Part shown: piece after piece, positions 12,001 through 24,100 of the stretch
Layout: every line of letters starts with the position of its first letter
Position numbering within the stretch: position 1 is the stretch's first letter
Source of the DNA: Leptogorgia sarmentosa
Taxonomy: Eukaryota
Length of the DNA stretch: 64,000 bases
Reading direction: 5' to 3'
Assembly (NCBI GenBank): GCA_964658305.1
Contig: OZ210884.1
Location: 7,440,001 to 7,504,000, forward strand
The notes under the pieces: model-generated
The model's input: only the letters and a program-made list of their open reading frames with translations
Told to the model about the DNA's origin: nothing
Database searches by the model: none
Program-made: the position numbers and the translations under genes

Positions 12001-15000
12001 GAATCAGAAAATAACCTCGATGTAGATGTGTGGCTACCTAATGAATGTGAGGTTGTGTTTTTTATCACCTCCTCTGTAAACACTGTTAAAGTAGGCACGG
12101 CTGTCGTAGGCAGTTCCGAAGTTAAATCAACTTCTGAAGTTTTATTTGAAAAACGCGATAACGAAGCAATGATACTGCTAGCCGCAACTGTACTGTTTTG
12201 AAACATGTTAGTGCGTGACAACACTAATCGCACTGTTGGAACGTGTGTCATAGAACTGACATTCCACTCAACAGTATTGACAGGTGCCACAGGCATAGAA
12301 GGAGACAACCGTAACGTAGACTTAGTTTGTTGTCCTGTTCTGCTACTTCCATTTAACAGAACACTCGATTGCGTTGTATATGATACGTTTAGGCCGAAGT
12401 GGTCACCGTGACTACCATTAGTTGATGAAGCAAGCAGTGCATTAACGGTTGCGGTAACATTCCAAACTTGGGATGAAGCTGATCGAGTCTCACTCACTCC
12501 ATTAGTATTTTCCTGTACGTTACTTGCATTTGTAGCACTGCTTGTCAAGCTTGTTATATCTTCTGTTTTCCATTTACCTGAACTGACTACAATTATGCCC
12601 CCGCTACTGTTTAGTTTCTTTGATGAAGCTGACGTCGCGGTAACATTTACTCTACTGACATCAGTGACATGGGTTGAATTCAACAGAAACGAGATACTAG
12701 CACGAGCATTTCCTGACTTGTTCGCATCAAGCCTTGACGATAACCATGTTTTCGATGCGCTGGTGTGTGGAATGACAGGAATACTTGGAAGTATTACATC
12801 ACGACTGCTATAATTGCTAGACCTTATACTGCCTTGATAAGCAGACAGAATGTTCGGTCTGGAACTTTCAGATGACATATTTGTATTTCGAATGTTTGTT
12901 TCATTTGGTTGTAGGGATCCTGGAGATACAACAGAAGGCGATGGTAAAACGTCTGTCGATCTTCTTTCATATGTTCTAGTATTTGTTCTCGTATCTGACA
13001 CAATAGATGTGACATTGCTCAGTAAAACTATCGCGGTTGAATTTGATGATAGATTCTTATAAATTGAGGTCTCCTTGCTTTGTTGTTTCTGGCTGCTTGA
13101 CCCTGGGTCTGCTGCTGCAGTCTGTGATGATTGCACTGAAGAATTATTTTTGTTGACTGCGCTTGAAATGGGAGTTGTAACAATCCCAGTGGAATGAATC
13201 TCTGTCTTTGGTGTTGTTGAAATTCTCTGAAACGCAGAGGAGCTTGCAACATTTGTAGTTCTATTCGTAGAAACGCTCGCAACAGTGTGTACAGTTGATG
13301 TTTTTCTAATAATTTCCGGAATGTCCGAATTAGAACCACTGTTAAGATGTGAAAATACTGTTGAATTGCTTTTTGAAATGTTTGATGGCAATATAGATCT
13401 GGTTGGCGAGATAGATCCGTCGTGTATTTGTCGGATTAATGAAGTGTGGTCTGCAGTATTTGATTGTCTGATGGTCCCTAGAAAAACATGATTAGAACTT
13501 TTGTTAACATCTATTGACAAAGCAAACAAATGGATATCACTTGTATAAATTGTACGCATCCAACACTACTTTAGCTCCATCAACACGACATGTTTATACA
13601 TGACAGTAGCAGTATTTTAACAATACGTAGTAGTATTTTAAAAAGTTACATCATCCTTTTTTTCTTTATTTTCTAAGTTGATGCATAAAAATCAAATCAT
13701 GGCCAACATATAAACATTATTTTCTGATTATTCCTTGACTCGGTTGTTTAAAAGCTTAGTCATAAGATTATATTAACATTTGCCAGTTAAACCGAAGATT
13801 AAAGGCAAACAGTTGACAGCTTGTTGATGCCTTCAGAATGTGTTTAAGAAATATTGTAGCTATCTGGCGCAGTGAAAACTTTTCCTTCCGCAATCGTAAA
13901 GTAAATAAACACATAAGTTAAGTTTATCCTAAAGTAAAGAACAGAAGTTATTGAACTATAGGCAGTATAGAATTGTGTTTCCCCATGAGTTGGTTGTCGG
14001 AATAGCGATACTCTAATGATACCGCCTTTCTATGGACACTGAGTATAGCTATCATAATAATCCACGTCATTTTACGCCATCACGTCGTGTTTGCTAAATT
14101 TTCTGATTAATAGCTCTACAATAGGCGCTGATCCGCAAAGATATGAATTTCTCTTTGCCACCTCAAGCAATGCCGTTTAATGCATTTTCCTAAAATTTCA
14201 AGCGATTTTAATGACAGCTTTTTCCTCGACTTCTGACTGTCAAGTTTCCAACTCTGCCACGTACACTTACATGTGAAATCATTTCATACAAATATCGAAA
14301 TTCTAACTTGTAAGAATCCTATCTGTGGCAATTTATTCATGCATCATTATCACCCTGCTGTGCGATACAGTGTATACATGCTTAGCAACATGTATAAATT
14401 TAACAATTCATGTATAGCGAAACTCTCATAATGTCATTTAATACACTTTGCACAACTTCCTTCACAAAAACCCTCCTTTATATAATATACATTCAGTTTT
14501 TGAGACACATTTTGAGTCAAATTCTCCCTTATTCAACCTCATTCACTTAGAAATATCGATTTTACGTACATTTTAAAAACGGCATTGGCCGCTAGGCATT
14601 TCTAAACATATACGTACAGACAATACTCCTTCAATACTGCCCATTAAAGATATCCTGTCGGTGAGAAATATGATATTCCACATGAATTATATTAATCGTT
14701 TGGTTAGTAGTTTCGCTAGGTACATAAAGAAGGTTGTGCGTTGTTTACAATGCACTAAAATGATATATTTTCATTCATTTCGCGCCATCGCATGTATACT
14801 CAGACATGTTAATTTAAATATTTGTGCATGTGCATCCGTATTTCAATAAAACCCTGCCTAAAATAACGGTAGTGTAGCACACTCCCATACGGCTTTCGAT
14901 ATATGGGTCAGATTTCAAATAAGACGGCCGTATTGAACACCATTTTATGGAGTGGACACGTTTATAAAGCCAACATAAATACATATATATGTTGTATAAA

Positions 15001-15694
15001 TTTCCACTGATAACATATGCATAAGTTAAACAATCTTTGTATTGTCAACTACTGTGTTTCCTATATTTCCACATCTAAACGTGCATAAGAAATAATAGCT
15101 ATATATACTTTTTCTGATACGTGGTTACTATTTCAACAGCAACATAACGGAAAACACCATCACTGGGACCTGAGTTGAGTACGGTTTTAATCAAAACAGA
15201 GCTCGCTACTAATCCTGCCGTATTTTGAAAGTGTATATTTTCAAACCGAATAGCCACTATAAAAAATATGATGCTAGTAGATTTTTTGAGAAATATATCT
15301 AGGAAGCGTCCAGATATCACTGTACCGTTTAAAATACTACAAAGTTCAAAAAATCCAAGTGAATGACAATCTATAATTATAGTCAGTCACAATACAATGC
15401 AAATTTCGGTTTCATTCTTCAATTGAAAATATTAGACTTTGGTCGCATTCAAAAACACTATCCTATCCTATCCTGAAGTTTACGTATTTGGCTGAGTTAT
15501 TTCGCGTTAAATGTGAATGTAAACATTAGTTGGCTTAAGTGCTTACCTGACAGAAGCAAATCCCTTGACTTCGACTCTGAGCTGTTGACAGTGGATGAAC
15601 TTGTTAATATTACACTTGTCGTGCTCACGAGAAATCCTGAGTTAAATATCGACACCAAGAAAAAGAGGCATCCTACATGTAAAGATGCGAGCAT
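1..15694 (-). CDS. Giant single-pass membrane mucin, KIAA1549/UPF0606-like: signal peptide, ~2,350 aa Ser/Thr-rich stalk, 3 SEA-like modules, TM helix, Pro/Arg-rich tail; 3' end outside the window
   Basis: Phase-consistent GT-AG exons: 15547-15694 (signal peptide MLASLHVGCLFFLVSIFNSGFLVST), 6279-13477, 5763-5906, 5212-5382, 4597-4740, 3745-3948, 1501-1866 (TM WFIPVIVAGSVGFLLLILVIILYC then RWKK), 688-872, <1-147. The family call rests on architecture and on the AANTMNVLSTAKMSALIGYEV motif resembling KIAA1549 repeats; no database search was run. Confidence 0.75.
919..1008. repeat. 30-bp minisatellite, 3 copies
   Basis: GGGAAGAAGATATTTGAACAAGTTAGGTCY repeated three times in an intron. Confidence 0.9.
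1438..1469. repeat. (AAAT)n microsatellite
   Basis: About 8 perfect AAAT units. Confidence 0.95.
1900..2090. mobile_element. Degenerate palindromic MITE-like repeat; related copies at ~33321-33510 and ~52820-53018
   Basis: Shared core TTTTCTCCTT..GATGTGAA..GAG with inverted counterpart ..GAGAAAATCGC; boundaries approximate. Confidence 0.5.
4420..4573. mobile_element. MITE with long terminal inverted repeats
   Basis: CGAGGTTCAGATTTGACTTCCACTACC ... GGTAGTGGAAGTCAAATCTGAACCTCG, perfect 27-bp terminal inverted repeat (TIR) that extends imperfectly. Confidence 0.85.
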
Positions 15695-15803
15695 TGTTTT
15701 CTATAAAATGTCGATCTACATATTTTTAAAGCATTGTGCTGAAGGCAACACACAGTATACAAAGTTTCATTTTAAAATTATAATGAATCAATAAGCTTCG
15801 TAT

Positions 15804-15817
15804 GTTGTTATGGTAAC
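15804..15817. promoter_or_regulatory. RFX X-box-like motif in the divergent promoter region
   Basis: GTTGTTATGGTAAC matches the X-box pattern RYYNYY-WW-RRNRAC, ~570 bp upstream of a motile-cilia gene ATG. Confidence 0.5.
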
Positions 15818-16387
15818 CAAATAAAGCTTTATTCAAGCGTGAAGAAAGGGTATTATATGGGTATATTACCCGTACGGGCATTAACTCCGTTTGTAGCGAC
15901 AGGTAAAATGTTAAATATTCTTTAAATGCATGTTAACTTTGAAAGTTATGCAACATAAATTATTAGGAAAAGGTAGAAATAATTTCTTCGGTAATAATTG
16001 TAGTTTTAGTATTGTGAAAGCAAAAGTTCACTGGCAAAGATTTATTGCTTAAATTTTACAGCAATAGCGTTTGAAAGAGTCACCCAACTGTGTCATCTCC
16101 GCGTTGTCTTGTTTGACATAGAGTTTTTTCCATGTTGAGAAAAAAATAAAAGCCATATTGTCGACCCTAACACTGTATTCTTACTTTATTTTGCGCGGCA
16201 TCATTATGTTATGGCCCATGGCCTGTAAAGCACTTGTGAAACTTGGCCACATGATCTGCGCGCGCGCGACTGCCACGCGTGACGCGGGTGCGTAATTGGC
16301 AATGAATTGACGTAACAATTACTGGCGCACTCAAAAACGTAAATTTTAGAAAAGCAACTAAAAACAAAATCGAGTAAATGTGTAGCG

Positions 16388-19300
16388 ATGAAAAAAACTA
16401 TGCAACGTCCGATCAATTCCTTTGATGGCAAATCACAAATGCAATCGGCTTGTCAGACGCAAGTGAATCTACCCAAGGGCAATCCCTTGCGGATTTTAGA
16501 GCCAAACAGAAAGCGACTTACTTCTCTCAAGGCAGAACGTGTACTTCGCGTTTCCGAAGAAAACATTAAGAATGTCCAGATTGTTTTCATTTTACCAAAG
16601 GTATCTCTGAATGGCAGCGACAGTAGTTTTATTATTCTTACTCAACTGCGCGGCATATTTTACTCCTGGCATGGTGTTTGATCAGTCAGTTGCATATTTT
16701 TAACCTTGATCGATTTGTGCAGATTTTTATACTATAGCTGGTTGCTATATTTGATTTATTTTTTCCACACGGGGATTTCAGTCTTTGCTCATAGATTCGC
16801 GTGTGTTTATTTTCTCTCGTTATTCAAGGCTATGAATTTAACGAAGGTTTTGTTGTTATTTCTGCATGGATTGGGAGATTTAGCCCTCAGACATCCAACT
16901 TTTCATGTGTCTAACCTAATGAAAATTATCTCAAACAAAGAACTTAACCGCTGATAAGCATTTGGTTTGCATGAAAAGTTTGACGTTTGAACTAGGCCTT
17001 GGTGCCGGCGCATAATTTAAGTTGTCTCGAATTTATGGTACGTAAATGAAAAGACATGTCAAAGGAATAAAATGTCAAATTATGAGTATAATATTTGCAA
17101 ACTTAACATAACGAATCCTGATCGACTTATTCCCAGCACTATTTGAATAACATTATTTGATTCAATATTTATGATACATTTATTTGTTTATTAGATTATT
17201 GACTCGATAGAAAGATTTAACATCGTATTCGGGCAAGAACTGTACACGATCTTGAAGGAACATGATATTTTGCGACGAAAATACAACGATAACGTTAACC
17301 TGCTCAAAGAAGGCAAAAGACTTCAGGAAGAATATGACGAATGGCTCGAAATGAAAGAAAGACAGGGTGATTTATTTAGTGAGTCCAGTTCTGAAACAAA
17401 AAGTGAATCAGGTCAACAAGAAGATGAATTTGTTGTTCGAGTGAAGGGCCAAAATATGGAAACATTACACCAGAACGTGGCCACCACGGCAGAGGAACTT
17501 AAGTATTCCATAAAGAATATACTGAGGAAATTCAGACTCGACCCGACAGCAACGAAAACTGTTCTAGGTAAGTCTATCTACTCTACATGCATCACGTAAA
17601 AATTTTGACGGTGCATTTTAGGTGTTGAATGTTGATCATGCATGACCTGTACATTGCATTATATTTAGCTAGACTTAAATATGAAGTGAGATTTGAAGTT
17701 TAAAATCTCTCTGGATAGAATAACTGTATAGGCAGGCTTCTGAACGGAGTTATAAACCCTGAAGACTGCCTGCATGGGATTAATAGTGGTACGAAAAAGT
17801 GCATGTAGGCTGTAGCACAGTGATTATGAATTGTGACTCAAAGCCCAAACCATGCAACATCCTCCCTGAAGCTCTTTTCTTCAAATGTCAGCAAATTTCA
17901 CCCCATTGTGTGCTTTGTCATGACTTCATTGAGAATCTTAACATTACTTCTTTAGAAACGCTAATCCAATTTTCGATTGATAACTTATAAAATACACTTA
18001 AGCACGTCTTATTTTAAAGGCGATGCATTCATTCTTTTGTGATTCCTACTAGTGTCAAGCTTTGAGTTTTAATGAATGTAATTTCAAACTAATTATTCAC
18101 CATATAATATCATTTTATTTTTAAAGAAATAATATTATACGGAGCATGTAAATAACACGGGACGATGCGTGTTTTTTATTGATATACCTTATAGTCCCTG
18201 TAGTGCACTGATATTTACGTGACCAGAAATGAAAGAAATTAATGCACTGCACATTTTTTGAGTTGAGCTGGCAATGCATGGTAATATAAGATTGACAATT
18301 TCCACAACATCTACAGTAATCATGTATGAGATTTTTCAAAATAAACAATAACTAAAGGAAATCAATCATTTTTCAAGAGCACGAGAATAACTTGTCTGAA
18401 ATTAATAAAGATTTCGTCAAGTCCCTTCAAGATCTGCAGTCAATTGTTCGAGAAAAACTCCTGACAACTCCAGTAGAACTGGAAGAGAGAAAATATTACA
18501 TCGGGAAGGTTGTTCAAAGACAGAATAAAATATTGAAAATCAAAGAAAAACTTCAAATGGATTATGGTCAACAAATAAAGATTAAGAGAGACGAGGTATA
18601 CTTTGTAGTTTGTAGTACAGTATTTTTATGCTCTGATATTGACGACCATATTTGAAATGTTATAATTGAAATAATTTGATCTTCAATATTAAATAAAATT
18701 ATTTCATTGAAGAATCAATTGTCTTTCTTTTAGGAGGAAAAACAAAAGGAAGTGATTGCTAAACTAAAGGAGGCCTTACTTTCATTGAGCGAGGCAAGCA
18801 ACAAAGAATGTTCGAAAATATTAACGGATGCAAGCCAAAAAATCAAGTCCGATGCAAAACTCAGTGACGGGAAACAGAAAACTACAACACAACAAATTAT
18901 TGACACGAAGAAAGCTTATAATGAGCAGCTCAGGCAAAATTACGAAGACGAACGAGAAAAGAGGAAGGTATTAACCGACATCTTTTGTTCTTCATGAAAT
19001 CTACTCCTTGGATGCTGCTGACAAATTGCAGAATGCCATAGTTATGAGTACAAATTTGAATTTGTTTGGATCCAACGTTAAATCAGTAGAATGGGGTCCA
19101 GTCTATCCGAATTATTGACACGAAATAACCTTCCTAAATGAATCCCAACAGCAGAACTAAAACGTACGACCTCCATAAACTACGGCACAGTCTATTCTGC
19201 ACCTCGCGATCCTTATGTTATTAAATAATTGATCTCCCCGATATATATTTACTATTTACGGCCACCTATGTATGAAACTACGTGCTTTGGTGAACAGGTC

Positions 19301-19910
19301 ACAAGATACAATAATTGTCTGATTCCGACATTTTTAGAGAAAATTCAAACTTTCTACCGAAGTTTTCAACTGGATTCAAAAGTACGATGCTGATATGGGA
19401 ATGCGACAGGTAAAACTCGTTTTCCACTTGGCCACTCCACTTTTTTTTCGGGAAAACGCCCATACTCTTCAGCCCATTGATAACTTTGCCAAAAAAGTAA
19501 GATAATCACTGGGAGTAGCATGGCAGCCAATAGGGTTAGTGCTAAGTTATAAGTGTTTCAGGATTAAAGATCATATTTCGAGATTGTTAACCAGTTGAGC
19601 TATTTTGTTCGTTTAGGATGAATACGATGAAGTTTTGATTCAAAGGGATCACTTAAGGAAAGATCTGGATGACTTGGGGCGCCATTTCAGCGTTTTGGAG
19701 AAGGAATATCTAGACATTTTGGAAGAACGAAGGTTGGCTGAAGAGAAAGAAGAGCAGCGAAGATTAGAGTTTGAGAGGAAAACCGCTGCAGCCACAAAAC
19801 TACAAGCTGGTTGGCGTGGATACAGCGTACGGAAACAATTAAAGAAGAAGAAAGATAAGAAAGGGAAGAAAGGAAAGGGTGGAAAGGGGGGGAAAGGAAA
19901 GAAGAAATAA
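16388..19910 (+). CDS. DRC10: Dynein regulatory complex protein 10 (IQ domain-containing D), ~467 aa, 6 exons
   Basis: Exons 16388-16600, 17195-17567, 18378-18595, 18734-18967, 19338-19409, 19617-19910. Motifs NPLRILEPNRKRLTSLKAERVL, KLLTTPVE, NWIQKYDADMG, IQ motif AATKLQAGWRGYSVRK, and a Lys/Gly-rich tail typical of IQCD. Confidence 0.9.
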
Positions 19911-20001
19911 AAAATTTTTTATTGAACTCATCTCTGTTTTTCATGTAAAGTAAACACGCGTTTCGGGAAAAGCTCATCAGCGTCTGCATGCCAATCGTAG
20001 T

Positions 20002-20147
20002 TAATGGCGAAGCCAGACCGACATTTGGTCATGCAAATGCATTTTTTTGTGTTTATAGACCGTATAAGGAATCAATTTGTAAAGAAATAAGGATAATGAT
20101 TTAAATTTGCATTTGCATAACCAAAGGTCGGGCTGGCTTCGCCACTG
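20002..20147. mobile_element. hAT-like MITE just downstream of the DRC10 stop codon
   Basis: TIR (T/C)A(A/G)TGGCGAAGCCAG; perfect 8-bp TSD ATCGTAGT at 19994-20001 and 20148-20155. Confidence 0.85.
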
Positions 20148-21130
20148 ATCGTAGTAATCAAACTCATTGATCCTAAAACAGCACTGGATGATGTAAGCAT
20201 TATTTACTGATGGAGAAAAAACCTTCACTGTCAAACTCTAAAAATGTCATCACCATAGTATGGTATAGGGAATCATCGTTATGGCCACTGAAATCTGAAT
20301 TCTTGGAGTTTGACTCTCATTATCATTATAGAATCTAGTCACTTGCATTTTCTGGTGGATAAAGTTTGTATTTTTTTTTCACAAAATAACATTGTTGTAT
20401 TTCGTCTTCGGAAACATTGCACGAGTCTGTCGCGGGAGCAAAGTCTCGCGAGCAAACTATGAGTGTATATTATTTTCAGTTGCCATAAACATCACTTAAG
20501 AACCATTGCAACGCGCATGCAAAGCAGTTACATTTGTAATTTCAATAAAGTTGTATGATACGTCCTGGACCGTTCGCTCTCATGCATCAATCGTGCAGCT
20601 AGCCAAGATTTTACGCTTGGGAAGTCGCATGTCTATTGATGTTAAAGAATGCAAATACACGACCATTACGTTAAAATGGCAACCTGACAAAATGGGAACC
20701 TGTGATTGTTACCTGTCTACTGATTATATTTTGAAAATTGTTTCGTTATACAATTATCTATATATAATTATATAATACATGCAGTCTTTCTTAAATAATG
20801 ATAATATATAATGTAAAAATGAATTGAATGTATGTATCGAGGCGTTAATGACAATAAAATAAAAAAATTCTGGGTCAACAGCTTTGATATTCGCCGTCGT
20901 TTATGAATATATCTAACTACGAATTATTATATGTTTCATGAAATATTAAAGGAAGAATATGCTGTTCAATTTTGGTCATGCTAATATGCGGTGAAGTATA
21001 TAAAAACTTCATTCTTAATAATAATAACTTATTTTCATTCATTCCAATTCCCTAAAATTGGATCAAACTTGATTCAGCAATCCTATAGGGTCACGTGTTG
21101 GACTATACAATGTCTTGTACTCTTCAGACT

Positions 21131-24100
21131 TCAGGCAGTTGTGTATCTCACGCTTCCGTCTTTTATCGATACATCCTGTCCATCGACTTTTTCAGTGAGC
21201 GGTCCTTCATCAACTATGTGCGTTATATTTATATAGGATTTCTAAAAGTGAAGCGAAAACTTTACGTCAATACCATGGCTGACATGCATATCATACGGTC
21301 CGCGAACAGGAACATATGATCATACTCCCCCCCCCCCCCCCCCCTTCCAATCATTGAGACGGTTGTTCATCGTTTGGGCGTCAGTGTATTTTTTCGTTGG
21401 AAAAATATCTCAATTCTTTGATTTAGGCAAAATGTAGGTAGTTATTTTTAATCATTTTATAGAAAGGGTACATGTAAATCTTAAACCGAAATATGACATC
21501 AAAACTAAAATAGACATTTAAAAATAAATCCAATGTATACGAAAAAATAAATTTCAGTCAAATGGATAAATAATAATGATAATATTCCTGATAGAATCAT
21601 GCTTGACAACTATTATAAATGCAGTCATTTTCTTGGCTGCTCTACTCGCTAAGTATCACTCGATAGACAGGGCGGAGTGGCAAAATCAATCTCTATTCCC
21701 GCTGAAACAATTAGATTACTCGCTCTAGATGTCTTCGAGTTGGGTTTGCCTTCACACTATCACCTCATACCTAATGCATCCGATTGTGATGTAATTGTCA
21801 ATATATTCAATACTATCTTATAATTTTGTAATCGATTTATATTTTACCTCGCTATCCATGAGCATAGAATGAAGTAAATCTCTTATTTCTTTAAACGTCG
21901 GCCTCTCCGTTGGTTCAACTTTCCAACAGTTTCTCATTATTTCATACCTATATTGAAGTTCGAGATAAATAAACTCATTTTCTGCGCATTTTTTCGGTGC
22001 AAGATACAGATTTGAAATGTAAAAGTTGTAGACTTGGTTGAAAAAGTTCAAATTAAATAGTTTAGTTAACGTTAACTGTCAACTCAAGTTCGTACGTAAC
22101 GCAATCTTAAAATTACAACACACCTAAAGATGATGAAAATTGTTACGTTACACGTGCAACAAGTGCAAATTCATCCTCCTCTTTTAAATTAATTTCAATG
22201 AATTCGGAAACTTACACTTCGTCTGCACATTGTGGTGGCTGTGGCATCCGACATCCAGACCCCACATGACTGACAATGTTATATGGGGAGATGTTTATAT
22301 ACGGTTCTTCACCTATATAAGCAGTTGATAATTAGAAAAAAATCAATACAAAGATTATTACTGTCTACGCATGTTAAAAAATGCCGCGTCTAGTAACAGA
22401 TTGTCGTACTATAAGAAGCAAAATAACTACTACAGTTGCCATTTCATGATGTTATTTATTATTGAAAATAATTAAAGGGTTTCGATTGGCTAACAGCTAC
22501 GGATGTAAGTCACATCCGTTAGGTAGCTGCCCAAATTTGGAGTTATAACATCACCAAATCACCCAATTCGGTCGCATATTGGAAAACATATCGGCAAGCG
22601 TTGCTTTTGAAAAACGAAAAGGCGACAAGCAATAGTTTCGTAAAGTATAAAAATAAATGTGTTCTCACCCAGTGTTGCAATTTCGTGAAGCAGAACGCCA
22701 TAGCTCCATCTAAATGAAGATAAAGATAACCAGTTAAGCTCTATCCTGAATTTATTTTAGCCCTTTCATAAATCATTGAGCGGCTAATGATAATGGAAAA
22801 ATAATTACAAATTTAGCAATACAATTTTACTTCAATAATGACATAATGAAAGAAGTCAACTTACACATCACTTGCAGTGGTAAAACGACCATGAAGCAAA
22901 CTTTCAAGTGCCATCCATTTTACCGGAAGTAAATTCTGCAAGATATCAGAACAAAGTCATATTTACGATAGTGCAAATATAAAGAAATTGATGGGTGTTT
23001 GACAGCTGTAGATCAGTGCTTATCATAATTTTTGAAAAAAGTCAAAAAAGTTTTTCTTGTTTTTTTTCCACAAGACAAACAACCATAGCCACACTGCCCA
23101 CCAGCCTTAAATCTATCCGGCTGTGCCAGAATTGAATTAACAGAACAAAAAAATAGAGCGCTTGGTAAACACCAACAACCTCACCATCAAAAAATGAAGA
23201 TTATTTTTTACCTGGTTGTTCCGTATATACTCCTCAGCTCCTCCGACATCCCTTGCCAAGCCAAAATCAGAAACTTTTGCCATATCATCTTCACCAATGA
23301 GAATATTTCGAGCAGCCAAGTCACGATGAATAAACTATTGAAATGAACATGAAATATAATGTAACCATTATACCGTGAAATTCATATTTCGATTGAAACA
23401 ACTGAATATCTCCCATAATAAACTTTATTTCGATTCCATATTTTTTTCAGAGTTGTAGTTCTCATAACCAAACATAATTGCAAAATTTCAACTACTGTAG
23501 TTTCATACAGAATAACCAAAGATATAACTAAGTGAAAAAAGCAAAATGGATTCTATTTGGACAACCCATGCCATTCTGAGCGCCGATTGACTAAGACAGA
23601 CCTAGATAGTGAAGTGTCACATTCAAAAAACGAATAAACTTCGCGGAAATATCAAGACTGCTCTATGACAACTGCAGTCCCAATGAATGCCTGAAATACT
23701 GAAGATTAAAATTGGTCGAATATCGACAGAAGATAGTTTAGTAATTGTTTCAGATCCTCAGATTCTCTTTATAAAATCATTGCTTTTAGGTATCTAAAAA
23801 ATCATGACTTGACAAAACCATCATGATGTATACACAATTAACTTGAAATTCTCGAAAACGTTACATTTGTAAAGAATGTAGCTATATCAACTTGGCCTAT
23901 ATCAACTTGGAATATTTTGTTTGGCCTGATTAATAAACCTTGGCCTTGTGTTTCAACGGCATGATTGCCGCAGATCTATTTTGGTAGCTATTACATAATT
24001 ATTAGTGAACCTTCGTATACCTTCTGTGTAGCCAGATGGTCCATTCCATTAGCAATATCTGCAGCAATTTTTAACAACTGGCGATGATTCAGAGTTGAAG

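Noticed and set aside
6733..13491. Many plus-strand 60-210 aa ORFs rich in V/L/E/D
   Set aside because: Antisense shadows of the Ser/Thr-rich mucin exon, with no splice or domain support
13478..13559. ORF-track start Met of the 2436-aa ORF
   Set aside because: No signal peptide; a phase-matched acceptor at 13477 and an upstream signal-peptide exon explain it better
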